Shown here: positions 20,353-29,867 of the stretch, in pieces
How the letters are laid out: every line of letters starts with the position of its first letter
How positions within the stretch are numbered: position 1 is the first letter of the stretch
Origin: Candidatus Latescibacterota bacterium
Lineage (GTDB): Bacteria > Latescibacterota > UBA2968 > GCA-2709665
Length of the DNA: 64,000 nucleotides
Direction of reading: 5' to 3'
Assembly (NCBI GenBank): GCA_965203805.1
Contig: OZ241917.1
Span: forward strand, 5,408,001-5,472,000
The notes under the pieces: model-generated
What the model saw: only the letters and a program-made list of their open reading frames with translations
What the model was told of the DNA's origin: nothing
Databases searched by the model: none
Position numbers and translations under genes: made by a program

Positions 20353-21378
20353 TTACCTGTATGGAGGGGCGTAAAGCAAGCCGCCATCGGTCCACAGAGC
20401 ATTCACGCCTCTTTCAAGTCCGATGTCCGTTTTCACACCCAGGTATCGTTCGAATATCTGTCCGTAGTTGCCAACTGAAGAAATGACGTTAACCGTCCAG
20501 TCAGGGCTCAGTCCGAGCATGGCGCCGTACTCGCCCTCAGAGCCGAGCATTCTGTTGATTTCAGCGTCTTTGCTCATCTGACCGGCCATTTCAGCGACAT
20601 TGTCTGAAGTGATCCCCTTTTCTTCTGCGATGATCAGAACGTTCAGTACCCAGCGAACCACGTCACCCCATTCATCATCGCCGTGTCGAACGAGTGGCCC
20701 CAGGGGTTCTTTGGATACGACTTCCGGCAGAACGACGTGGTCATCCGGATTGTCCAGGGCTGCGCGGGTTGCGGCAAGTCCCGAACGGTCCGTCGTATAG
20801 ACGTCGCATCGTCCACTGAGGTAATTCTGACGCGCTTCTTCATTCGATTCGATTGGAACGGGCTCGTATTTCATATCGTTGCGACGGAAATAATCGGCCA
20901 GGTTCAATTCCGTCGTCGTCCCGGTCTGAATACACACCGAAGCGCCATCGAGGTCGGTTGCGCTGGATACGCCTAACGATGCGGGAACCATGAACCCCTG
21001 TCCGTCGTAGAAACTCACGCCCAGAAAGGTCAGTTTGAGATCGACGTCCCGACTGTAGGTCCACGTCGTGTTCCTGGAGAGTATGTCGATTTCGCCGGCT
21101 TTAAGCGCCTCGAAGCGGGTTTTTCCAGTCAGGTTGGTGTATTTGACCTTTGATGCGTCGCCAAATACCGCTGCCGCAACACCTTTACAAAGTGCGACGT
21201 CAAATCCTCTCCAGTTTCCTTGATCGTCCGTAAAGGCAAAGCCCGCCAACCCTGTATTGATACCGCATTGAAGGTGTCCTCTTGCCCTTACGTCATCGAG
21301 TGTGCCTGCCTGGCCAATCCCGGTTATCGCAAACCCGGCCACCGCAAGGATGAGCGAACGAATGGTCAACCGTTTCAT
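20353..21378 (-). CDS. aapJ: General L-amino acid ABC transporter substrate-binding protein
   Basis: Signal peptide, LSRNTTWT, GTTTELNLADYF, SKEPLGP, GNYG.IFER. Confidence 0.92.
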   Translation of the reverse strand: MKRLTIRSLILAVAGFAITGIGQAGTLDDVRARGHLQCGINTGLAGFAFTDDQGNWRGFDVALCKGVAAAVFGDASKVKYTNLTGKTRFEALKAGEIDILSRNTTWTYSRDVDLKLTFLGVSFYDGQGFMVPASLGVSSATDLDGASVCIQTGTTTELNLADYFRRNDMKYEPVPIESNEEARQNYLSGRCDVYTTDRSGLAATRAALDNPDDHVVLPEVVSKEPLGPLVRHGDDEWGDVVRWVLNVLIIAEEKGITSDNVAEMAGQMSKDAEINRMLGSEGEYGAMLGLSPDWTVNVISSVGNYGQIFERYLGVKTDIGLERGVNALWTDGGLLYAPPYR

Positions 21379-21484
21379 CGATGATCTCCTTGTTGAAGGT
21401 CAACTTACACATAACCGCGGAAGAATGCGCCCTTGACGGGCGGCTAAGATACGAAGGCCGGTCGTTATTCCCAAGTCGAAAAAC

Positions 21485-21820
21485 AGCGATCAGCAAAGCA
21501 GCCTTCAGCTATCAGCGGCCAGCCGTCAGCTTGAGTCAAATGCGCCCTCACCCCCCAACCCCCTCTCCCGCAGGGAGAGGGGGAGCAGAACGGGGAGACC
21601 GTCTCTTTAGTAGGGGCGGTTCGCGAACCGCCCGCTTTATGTGGCGGACCGAGGTAAGGATCCATCGGTTTGGCCCGGAATCGTGAGCATTTGTCCCGCT
21701 CCTGCCTCTTTCCTGCATCAGGTCTTGCTCCGGCTCCTGGCTTCTAATCCTGCTTAATCTTGCTAAATCTTGTTAATCCTGATCGGTCTTTGTCCTGTCC
21801 ATCCATGTATGTCCATGTTC
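21485..21820. repeat. Composite mosaic repeat: TCAGC heptamers, CCCTCTCCC hairpin, GTAG-type REP-like palindrome, AATC(C/T)TG nonamers
   Basis: GTAGGGGCGGTTCGCGAACCGCCC at 21610-21633; homology to 17420-17580 and 39211-39327. Confidence 0.8.
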
Positions 21821-21849
21821 AGGTGAATTATTTAGGTTAAGGAGATCCT

Positions 21850-23214
21850 GTGAAACGCGAACACATTTTCGCCCACTACGAACAGGACGCAACGCGGTAC
21901 TGGAAGCTGAGAGAGGGCGGTTACGCCACTCCGATGAGTGTGTTTCAGGGAGAGGAAGTGACCTTTCACATCTCGAATTCCAGATCGTACTACGACGTGT
22001 TCGTGTACCACGAAGGCGCGCGGCGTCGACTCGTGAAGGAGATCAACAACCTGCGCGGTGCGCTTCCTCCGATCCCCGGATTCGGATATCGCGACGGTTT
22101 CGACTGGCCCGCCACGGTGACGTTCCGCGTCCCGCGCGACTGGAAGAGCGGCGTCTACATCGCCGGTTTTCCCACCGCCCAGGGGGTCCGCGAAATCCTG
22201 TTCGTGGTTCGTCCTCGTGTTCCCTCAGCCCCCATGCTTCTGACCATCGAGACCAATACCTATGCCGCGTACAACCCGGTGGGCGGCAAAAGCCTCTTCC
22301 ACTATCTGTCCACCGACCGCACCCACAGCGACCTGGTGACGTTCGAGCGACCCCTGCAGCCGGATATCATGGGCGGGTTCTACGCCTGGGACCAGTTCAT
22401 TACGTCCTGGCTGGACGCCGAGGGATATACCGTGGACTATTGTATCAACGCGGACCACGACCAGGACGGGGAGCTTCTCGACAACTATGCCTCGCATCTG
22501 AGGATCGGACACGGTGAGTATACCAGCCGGGAGGAATGCGAGCAGCTCCAGCGGTTCGTTGCCCGGGGTGGGAACCTGATCGTGCTGGCGGGTAACTCGT
22601 TCTCGCACCTTGTGGAGACAAGGGGCAACGGTCGCCAGCTCTATTGCGCCAAGACCCGGTACAAAAAACACCCGCTGGGCACTCCGGAAGACCCGCACAC
22701 ATCCCTGCTCCGCGGGATCGACAACCTTCGGCAGCGTACCATCGGGGTTTCCTATTCGGCCGCCGTCCACGCGAAGACCCGGACGCCCGGCGTGTTTATC
22801 GCGCCCACAACCGGGGAGTACGGATTCTTCCGCGTGAGCCGGCCCGACCACTGGGCGTTCGAGGGGACCGGGCTGCGGGAAGGGGACGAGTTCGGGCGTG
22901 AGGACTCGATCGTCGGCGTGGAATGCGACGGCGGCGACGTCGAGTTCAGGGAAGGAAAGCCGTACTTCACCGGCAGCGACGGGATCAGCCCGCATTACCG
23001 GATCATCGCGATAGGTGACGCCGAAGACCACGGATTCAACGCGGACCTCGGCATTCATTACGACCGGTTCTACGCGACCATCGCCGTCAACGAAACCGAG
23101 TTCAAGGGGACCGTCTTCACGGCGGCCACCATGGAGTGGTCGCACGGCCTCTACCGGGACGACGGTCCCGTGGCGCAAATCACCCGCAACGTCCTGGGCA
23201 GGCTGGGAGGGTAG
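21850..23214 (+). CDS. N,N-dimethylformamidase large-subunit-like (DUF6605) protein
   Basis: WKSGVY, NTYAAYN.VGG, V.FERP, GHGEY, GGNLIVLAGN, HWAFEGTGL, GVECD, ITRNVL. Confidence 0.75.
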   Translation: MKREHIFAHYEQDATRYWKLREGGYATPMSVFQGEEVTFHISNSRSYYDVFVYHEGARRRLVKEINNLRGALPPIPGFGYRDGFDWPATVTFRVPRDWKSGVYIAGFPTAQGVREILFVVRPRVPSAPMLLTIETNTYAAYNPVGGKSLFHYLSTDRTHSDLVTFERPLQPDIMGGFYAWDQFITSWLDAEGYTVDYCINADHDQDGELLDNYASHLRIGHGEYTSREECEQLQRFVARGGNLIVLAGNSFSHLVETRGNGRQLYCAKTRYKKHPLGTPEDPHTSLLRGIDNLRQRTIGVSYSAAVHAKTRTPGVFIAPTTGEYGFFRVSRPDHWAFEGTGLREGDEFGREDSIVGVECDGGDVEFREGKPYFTGSDGISPHYRIIAIGDAEDHGFNADLGIHYDRFYATIAVNETEFKGTVFTAATMEWSHGLYRDDGPVAQITRNVLGRLGG

Positions 23215-23239
23215 GTAGGAGGAGCCCTGCGTGCCAATA

Positions 23240-23477
23240 TAGTGAAACGACAGAAAATGAAGTTACGCCGGGTCAGCCGAGGAACTTGTGGCTTGAAATA
23301 TATGATTATGTAGATTCTACTGTGGCGAGGGTAACTGTCCGGTGGAACGCACCGCTTAACGGAACGAAGCCACTCTCATACGTTGTTGAAATTGGGAATT
23401 CAGATCTGTCTGATGTGGCCGCCAGTTTCACTGTGCGCAATGGCTTCGGGTTAGCGGCCCGTGTGAAACTGGGTTGA
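23240..23477 (+). pseudogene. Fibronectin type III-like gene remnant
   Basis: PGQPRNL...VTVRWNAP..G....SYVVE pattern with no convincing start. Confidence 0.4.
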
Positions 23478-23631
23478 TATCGTTGATTGGACAGATTTTA
23501 TTGCAGGAGTTTGGTGGTTCGCCGAGATTGTCACGATGCTCACGAATGAAAAGCGACGGGCCTTACACGACTTTATTGCGGGAACGGTTGTGGTGAGGAT
23601 GAATGTGGAGGAAGATGAATGTCAGACATAA
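23467..23631 (+). pseudogene. RDD-family protein C-terminal remnant
   Basis: Manual translation: WWFAEIVTMLTNEKRRALHDFIAGTVVVR; in-frame stop just upstream. Confidence 0.7.
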
Positions 23632-24311
23632 CGAAAAGAATGATAGGTGTTTTCATTACACCAGGTAGAACCTTTACAGCGCTCCGTGCGGAGACCCAAA
23701 ACGAGGATTGGTGGGTACCGATACTTGCGGTGACTTTTGTCGCTTTGGCTCAAGGATATTTGTTGTTTCCTGATGCTTTAGAAAAATCAGTATATGATCA
23801 ACTTCAACATATTGAAAACATCGACAAGAAAAACTGGCCCTTGCATCTTCACAATGCTCGTTTAACGGGTTTGAATTCTGCCTATACCACTTCGCTTGGT
23901 CGAGCTATTGGTATTTTTCTTACGGCTGTTATTTGGTGGGGAATACTTCGTGTAATATTTCGAAGCAACGTTACTTATAAAATAGTCTTAGCAGTGACAA
24001 GCTATAGCTTTCTTATTCAAGTCCTTGAGGCGGTGATTACAGTACCATTTGCCATGGATGCCAGGTTGACTCAAGTACAAATCCGCCTGGGGTCATTAGT
24101 ACCTGAATCTTTAGATGGAGTTCTTTTCTTTGACTATCTGTCCTTAATCTCGGTATTTGATCTCTGGAAATACGCTGTAATGGGGTTTGGTTTAATAATC
24201 GTTGGTGGCATTGAATCGAAAATAGCGAAGTACTGTTTATTCGTTCTCTGTCTGTTGAGTGCCTTGGGAGCGGCTGGCCAGGAGTGGGGGCCGTCGATTA
24301 GGTTCAAGTAA
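23619..24311 (+). CDS. Yip1-family membrane protein
   Basis: GVFITPGRTF..L...WWVP, multiple TM helices, F.LW motif. Confidence 0.75.
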   Translation: MSDITKRMIGVFITPGRTFTALRAETQNEDWWVPILAVTFVALAQGYLLFPDALEKSVYDQLQHIENIDKKNWPLHLHNARLTGLNSAYTTSLGRAIGIFLTAVIWWGILRVIFRSNVTYKIVLAVTSYSFLIQVLEAVITVPFAMDARLTQVQIRLGSLVPESLDGVLFFDYLSLISVFDLWKYAVMGFGLIIVGGIESKIAKYCLFVLCLLSALGAAGQEWGPSIRFK

Positions 24312-24371
24312 TACACACGAGAGTCAGGAAGACCTCCTGGGCTTTCGTGTCGATCTCGGAGCATGGAGGGA

Positions 24372-24815
24372 GGTCCTGCTCGGGCCAAACCGACGACTTC
24401 GACTGCGTCCGCGAGGTTGGAGACCAAACAACCTGCGCCAGCGTCGCATCATCGGGCAACACACTGGAAGGCTCCAGCCATCCCTCACGGCCTGCCACGT
24501 CACGAAGCGCCTGCCTGTGCGTGTACGCACGCAGACAGGCGCCGGGCTTCTGCCGACCCATCAACCCTGAACGGGCGATCGCAAGGTCCGAATCGCCCAA
24601 CCGCATGCGCGTCAATACCTGGCGATACTGATACATCTCGAACCTCCGGTTTGCCATGTCCTTCCCTCCTGACTATCGGGGAGACAGAAAGAAGGTAGAA
24701 CCGTTGCCGGATAGTCCGAAACCTTTATCGCATACCAGGTGGCCTCATTAGGGCGATCTTCAGCTGGCCTCATTATGCCGATCCCGCATTGGCCGCATTT
24801 GGGCGATCTTTAACA
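24372..24815 (-). mobile_element. Truncated IS21-family element (one end plus 5' of istA)
   Basis: Near-identical to ~33680-34064; terminal TGTTAAAGATCGCCC; istA N-terminus MANRRFEMYQYRQV diverges after ~95 codons. Confidence 0.9.
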
Positions 24816-24852
24816 GACAATATCAGATTTTCTCATCTTCGGCCTTTTCGTC

Positions 24853-27261
24853 TTACTCATCTCTGAGCGTATTCGCCGGATTCGCCGTTGCGGCCCTGTA
24901 AGTCTTATAACTGACCGTGAACATCACAAAAGCAAACGTCAGCACGGCGCCAGTGATGATGGGTTCGATCAAGTCTACTCGATAGACGAAACTCTGAAGC
25001 CACTGCCTTAAGGAGAAGTACGCGATTACCCCGGCAAATATAGTGGCCAGTATTAGTATTCTTATGTAGTCAATGGACAGGTGCGCCATCAGACGCGGTA
25101 TAGGCGCGCCGAATACCTTTCGTATTCCAATTTCCTTCGTCCTTCGTGCTACGGAGAAACCAGTCACACCAAAGGTGCCGAAGCACGCTAAGCCCAAAGC
25201 AAGAAATGCCAAGAGTTGAATGACATCCAACCATTTTCCATCCTTCTTGTACTGGTTCTTCAGGTCATCTTCGAGAAATTTAGCCCGAAAGGGCTGTAAT
25301 GGCGCGATGTCGTTCCATTCCTTCCGAAGTATATCGAGAACTTGTCGATCCTCGTCGGAAGTCGATAGGACAAATGCAATGTCACAAAAATCAGGGTCTA
25401 GGAAAATTACGGCTGGCCTCACCTGCTCGTGCAAGGATCGAAAGTGGAAATCCCTGACCACGCCGACGATTGGCACGTCTCTATTACCGTTCCATTCTAG
25501 AATTTTGTCTGAAGCGCTTTGCCATCCAAACTGTCTCATGAGGGCCTGATTTATAATGACGGCTTCTCGGTCGGCGGGAATCGACTTTGAAAAGTCCCGT
25601 CCCTCCAAAATTGCGATTCTTAGCGTCTCTAAGAATCCATAATCCACACCGATCGTCTCAACTCCACGGACTGTCCTGCCCTCGGCTTTAACAAACCCTC
25701 CGGACCCTTGCCTATTGCTAAGTGGATGTCGACCTCTTGTCACCCCAGTCACGATTGGATACGTTGCTAATCTATCCACAAAAGCTCCCACCAAGCCGGG
25801 CGAAGTTTCCGAAAGTTGCCCGGTTTCAACTATAATTACGCCATCTGTCCGGAATCCCGGACTTTTGTGCGCGATAAAATCGAGTTGGGCTTTCATCGCA
25901 AGTGTACTAATCATCAAGACCATAGACATCGCAAGCTGGACTACAAGCATCAACTGCATCAGAGAGCCGGGATTCCGGATCATAAGTTGAGCACCAATGA
26001 TATCAGTCGGCTGAAGTCGAGATAATGCCAGGGCGGGATAGAGTCCTGCTATCAGCCCAATGACCAGGGAAAGAAGAATCACGGACAGTGACGTTGTAAC
26101 TCCTAACTGTCCATAAAGGCTAATGCTGGTCCCCATAAGGGAATTGAAACTTGGCAAGATCGCGCCCACGAAACCTAGCCCAACCAAAAAGGCCAATAGT
26201 GCCAGCAAGACAGACTCCACGAGGTATTGAGAGACGAACTGAAACCTCCGGGCGCCGAAAACCCGGCGAACACCCGTCTCCGTCGTACGCAAAAACGAAC
26301 GACCAATAGCCAGAGCAGAAAAGTTGACACATGAAATTGTAATTACAATTAACGCGATTCCGGAAAAAACATATATATAAACTGGATTTGTCGAGCGTTC
26401 GACTCCCAGGGTCTGTTGGTCAAAATGAACTTCATTGAAGGGCTGCAGCGACAGGCTTATTGCTACGGTAGCTTGCCTCCCCCACATTCTCTCGACGACT
26501 CTGGGCAGCCTGTCCTCGATATTTCTAGGCTTTAGGTATTCGGGTAAGAGTACAAATGTCGTGGCAACGGGAAACATCCTTAAGATGCCTTTGAGAGATT
26601 CACCTGGATCGGCGGGAGCCCCTGCCGACGCCACGGTACGTACGCCTACAGTAGCCCATGAATTTAAGTATGCATCTGCCGCATCGGCTGGCACCAGACA
26701 ATCAAACTCAATACTGGAATTTTCCGGAAGTCTTGACAGTACACCGGTAACCGTATAGAGTTCTTTCTCGTCTAAAGTTACGATCTTGCCAACCGGGTTA
26801 ACGCCTGGAAACAGTTTCCGCGCCACCTTCTCGGTGATCACAATTGAACGCACGTCAATAAGCGGCATTGACACATCTCCCATTGCCATCGGAAATGAAA
26901 AGACATCGAGAAATGAGGGATCCACGTAACTCACCCAAAATCTTAATGACTTCTCCCCGTACGCTACTGAGCCCCTGGCTTTGAAGATCCTAACAACCTT
27001 GGCATTCGGAACCTCGCGGGCAATGGCGGGGCCGAGAGGCCAAGCCGTGCGGCTCATGAATTGATCACCGGACCTTTGGCGAATTCTGTAAATTCGCTCT
27101 GCATTGACATGAAAGAGATCGTAAGTCAATTCGTTATATACAAATACAACCGCAAGCATACCGAATGCCACGGCGACCGATACACCTACGAGATTGATCA
27201 ACGAAACCAATTTGTCTTTAAGAAAGCTTCTGATAGCCAGAACAACGTAATTGCGAAACAT
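24853..27261 (-). CDS. MacB/FtsX-family duplicated ABC transporter permease
   Basis: MFRNY..A.R, two periplasmic plus FtsX repeats, RRTKEIGIRKVFGA, ANPANTLRDE. Confidence 0.9.
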   Translation of the reverse strand: MFRNYVVLAIRSFLKDKLVSLINLVGVSVAVAFGMLAVVFVYNELTYDLFHVNAERIYRIRQRSGDQFMSRTAWPLGPAIAREVPNAKVVRIFKARGSVAYGEKSLRFWVSYVDPSFLDVFSFPMAMGDVSMPLIDVRSIVITEKVARKLFPGVNPVGKIVTLDEKELYTVTGVLSRLPENSSIEFDCLVPADAADAYLNSWATVGVRTVASAGAPADPGESLKGILRMFPVATTFVLLPEYLKPRNIEDRLPRVVERMWGRQATVAISLSLQPFNEVHFDQQTLGVERSTNPVYIYVFSGIALIVITISCVNFSALAIGRSFLRTTETGVRRVFGARRFQFVSQYLVESVLLALLAFLVGLGFVGAILPSFNSLMGTSISLYGQLGVTTSLSVILLSLVIGLIAGLYPALALSRLQPTDIIGAQLMIRNPGSLMQLMLVVQLAMSMVLMISTLAMKAQLDFIAHKSPGFRTDGVIIVETGQLSETSPGLVGAFVDRLATYPIVTGVTRGRHPLSNRQGSGGFVKAEGRTVRGVETIGVDYGFLETLRIAILEGRDFSKSIPADREAVIINQALMRQFGWQSASDKILEWNGNRDVPIVGVVRDFHFRSLHEQVRPAVIFLDPDFCDIAFVLSTSDEDRQVLDILRKEWNDIAPLQPFRAKFLEDDLKNQYKKDGKWLDVIQLLAFLALGLACFGTFGVTGFSVARRTKEIGIRKVFGAPIPRLMAHLSIDYIRILILATIFAGVIAYFSLRQWLQSFVYRVDLIEPIITGAVLTFAFVMFTVSYKTYRAATANPANTLRDE

Positions 27262-27322
27262 CGTTTTAGGTCCGGTACCCTACGTGCCAATATAGAGTGA
27301 GACAACTCCCACTCCGAGATTA

Positions 27323-27823
27323 ATGTCGTATAATGGGCGGAGAGGAGAGCATGAGATGAGGTCAAGAATCGATGTTGGAGACAACGGCAGCAAGGGTTCT
27401 CTGGTTGTGGAGGTCCCGCGCGGGACCTCCACAACCACGAGGCCGGATCCGGAGGTGCCGGCGCGGGCGAAGCGTCGCCGGTTCACCGCCCGGTACAAGC
27501 TTCGCATCCTGGAAGAGGCGGATGCTTGCCGGGCTCCTGGTGAAGTTGGCGCGTTGCTGCGTCGCGAAGGGTTGTATTCCTCGCAGTTGACGCAGTGGCG
27601 TCGTGCGCGTCGAGAGGGATCGCTCAAGGCGCTAACCAGGCCGCGGGGACCCAAGGGGCGTCGTCGTGACGAGGTCGCCGTCGAGAACGAGCAACTGCGC
27701 AAGGAAAACGCGCGGCTGCGGCGACGGCTGGAACAGGCGAACACCATCCTCGAGATCCAAAAAAAAGCCTCCGAGATCTTGGGCATCCCCCTGCCCCGTC
27801 CGCCGGCCGACGACGACGTATGA
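27323..27823 (+). CDS. IS3 OrfA (HTH), start uncertain
   Basis: RRRFTARYKLRIL, LLRREGLYSSQL.QWR; A8G slippery run at 27759-27767 with open -1 frame into orfB. Confidence 0.85.
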   Translation: MSYNGRRGEHEMRSRIDVGDNGSKGSLVVEVPRGTSTTTRPDPEVPARAKRRRFTARYKLRILEEADACRAPGEVGALLRREGLYSSQLTQWRRARREGSLKALTRPRGPKGRRRDEVAVENEQLRKENARLRRRLEQANTILEIQKKASEILGIPLPRPPADDDV

Positions 27824-28833
27824 TACGTGCGGCCGAACACCTCGCCCCAAAAGTGGGGTTGGCTTCAGCATGCCGGGCATTGGGTGTGGCGCGAGCCTCG
27901 GTATACCGTCATCGAAAGCCACGTCCAACGTGTCCGGGTCGGTCGCGCCGCTCTTCGCCCCGTGCGCTTTCCCCGGAAGAGCGTGTCCAGGTCCTGGACA
28001 TCCTGCACGAGGATCGCTTTTCAGACCGGGCGCCGGCAGCCGTGTATGCCACGCTGCTGGAGGAAGGACGGTATGTCTGCTCGATCCGGACCATGTACCG
28101 GCTGCTTCACGATGCCCACGAGGTGCGTGAGCGGCGCGACCAGCTCCGTCATCCACGTCTCGAACCCCCTCGGTTGATGGCCCGTGCGCCCAACCAGGTG
28201 TGGACATGGGACATCACGCGGTTGCCGGGACCCCGAAAATGTGTGACGTATCCCCTCTACGTGGTGTTGGATCTGTTCTCGCGCTACGTCGTGGCCTGGA
28301 TGGTCGCCACCAGGGAGAGCGCCACCCTGGCCAAGCGGCTGATTACCAACGCCTGTGCCAAGCAGGGCATTCAACCCGGACAACTGACGCTGCACCAGGA
28401 TCGCGGCGCGCCCATGAAGGCGAAGTCGTTTTCGCAAATGCTGATCGATCTCGACATCCTGGCCAGCTACAGCCGACCTCGCGTATCGGATGACAACCCG
28501 TATTCTGAAAGCCAATTCAAGACGCTCAAATACGCGCCATCATACCCCGAGCGCTTCACCTATCCGCAAGAAGCGCGCACCTATTTACAGGCCTTCTTTA
28601 CCTGGTACAACACACAACACCGACACAGCGGCCTGGGCTTACTCACGCCCGACAACGTCCACTATGGGCTGACACAACAGATTCAAGACGCCAGCCAAAC
28701 CGTGCTCGACCACGCTTATCACAACCACCCTGAACGATTTGTTAAGGGGCATCCTCGTCCACCACGCGTCCCGGACGAAGTCTGGATTAACCAACCCCAG
28801 AACGCCATCGAATGCCATCAGTTGCTTCACTAA
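27820..28833 (+). CDS. IS3 OrfB DDE transposase
   Basis: PNQVWTWDIT, LHQDRG, DNPYSESQFKTLK. Confidence 0.93.
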   Translation: MIRAAEHLAPKVGLASACRALGVARASVYRHRKPRPTCPGRSRRSSPRALSPEERVQVLDILHEDRFSDRAPAAVYATLLEEGRYVCSIRTMYRLLHDAHEVRERRDQLRHPRLEPPRLMARAPNQVWTWDITRLPGPRKCVTYPLYVVLDLFSRYVVAWMVATRESATLAKRLITNACAKQGIQPGQLTLHQDRGAPMKAKSFSQMLIDLDILASYSRPRVSDDNPYSESQFKTLKYAPSYPERFTYPQEARTYLQAFFTWYNTQHRHSGLGLLTPDNVHYGLTQQIQDASQTVLDHAYHNHPERFVKGHPRPPRVPDEVWINQPQNAIECHQLLH

Positions 28834-28884
28834 ATTCCAACGAGAGTTGTCTCATTTCTATTGACATGTTCCGGACAACATCAA

Positions 28885-28915
28885 AGCCCAGGGGCGGGAA
28901 TCCCTCCCTGGGCTA
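28885..28915 (-). terminator. Putative terminator of CPBP-TPR unit
   Basis: AGCCCAGGG/CCCTGGGCT stem followed on minus strand by TTGATGTT. Confidence 0.5.
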
Positions 28916-28946
28916 GTCTTGTTTGGTCAACAGAAGGAGATACTTA

Positions 28947-29867
28947 TTAAAGTAGATTTGAGATATTCAATGATTGTAAGATCTCATCTTGCGAGATATT
29001 CGCTTTAAGAGAAGGATCTAACTCGAGAGCCGTTTTTAAATGAGTAATGGCTGAATCTTTTTTACCTTTTGACATATAGGTTCGTGCCAAATTATACCAC
29101 ACGATACCGTATTTTGGATTGAACTGAAAGGCTTGATTGAATGCGTCAAGGGCGTCATTATACTTGTGTAGATGGAATAGAGCACTACCTTTTCTGTTCC
29201 AGGCAATAGCTGCATTTGAAGAGTCTGGATTCATTTGTAAGACGATCTCAGAATTTTCGATTACCTTCTCATATTGTTCTAAAGCGAATAGCGGTACGGT
29301 GCGAGCATTCCATAGATTAATGTCGTCGGGTGTTTTTCTGATCGCATAGTCATAAGTGCTTAAGGCTTCTTGAAACGCATTCAAGCGCATTAATTGATAT
29401 GCTCTACCTTCGAGTAATAGTATCTCAAATGTCGGGGCATTGTGACCTTTACTTGCCTTTACTGGATTGTCAGCTCCTATATTGAGTAGTCGATCATACT
29501 CCATTATTGCTTTTGTTGGCTTACCGGCAAATCCTAATGCCTGAGCCTTTAGTAGTGCGGCATTGTGATTATTTGGATCGATCGCCAGTAGCCGGTCATA
29601 GGCGGCGACAGCTTCTTCATATCGCTTTAGTCGATAAAGTACATCAGCCTTAGAGTCCCAAGCGGTTACGTCTGTTGAGTCTAAGTTTGTTAGATGGATG
29701 TAAATTTCTAATGCCTCTCTATAGGCTTTTTCGTGTTTTAATGTTGAACCTTTTTGATGCCAATATTTGCTATTACTGTAGTTCAGGTAAGGCCATAAAA
29801 CAATACTGCCGAATACAACACCAGCGATGATACTTATCCATATACAGAGTTTCTTGAAGTGGTTCAT
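28947..29867 (-). CDS. Membrane-anchored tetratricopeptide repeat protein
   Basis: N-terminal TM; repeated AW..KG..L..L..Y..A...P units. Confidence 0.88.
   Translation of the reverse strand: MNHFKKLCIWISIIAGVVFGSIVLWPYLNYSNSKYWHQKGSTLKHEKAYREALEIYIHLTNLDSTDVTAWDSKADVLYRLKRYEEAVAAYDRLLAIDPNNHNAALLKAQALGFAGKPTKAIMEYDRLLNIGADNPVKASKGHNAPTFEILLLEGRAYQLMRLNAFQEALSTYDYAIRKTPDDINLWNARTVPLFALEQYEKVIENSEIVLQMNPDSSNAAIAWNRKGSALFHLHKYNDALDAFNQAFQFNPKYGIVWYNLARTYMSKGKKDSAITHLKTALELDPSLKANISQDEILQSLNISNLL

Larger units (their letters stand above)
27285..28866 (+). mobile_element. IS3-family insertion sequence
   Basis: Imperfect IRs TGCCAATATAGAGTGAGACAACTC / TGTCAATAGAAATGAGACAACTC; true ends may extend to ~27270/28877; no target duplication seen. 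Confidence 0.88.

Noticed and set aside
28878-28930. IS200/IS605 or omega-RNA-like end
   Set aside because: Only a short hairpin with no tnpA/tnpB/iscB; better explained as a terminator
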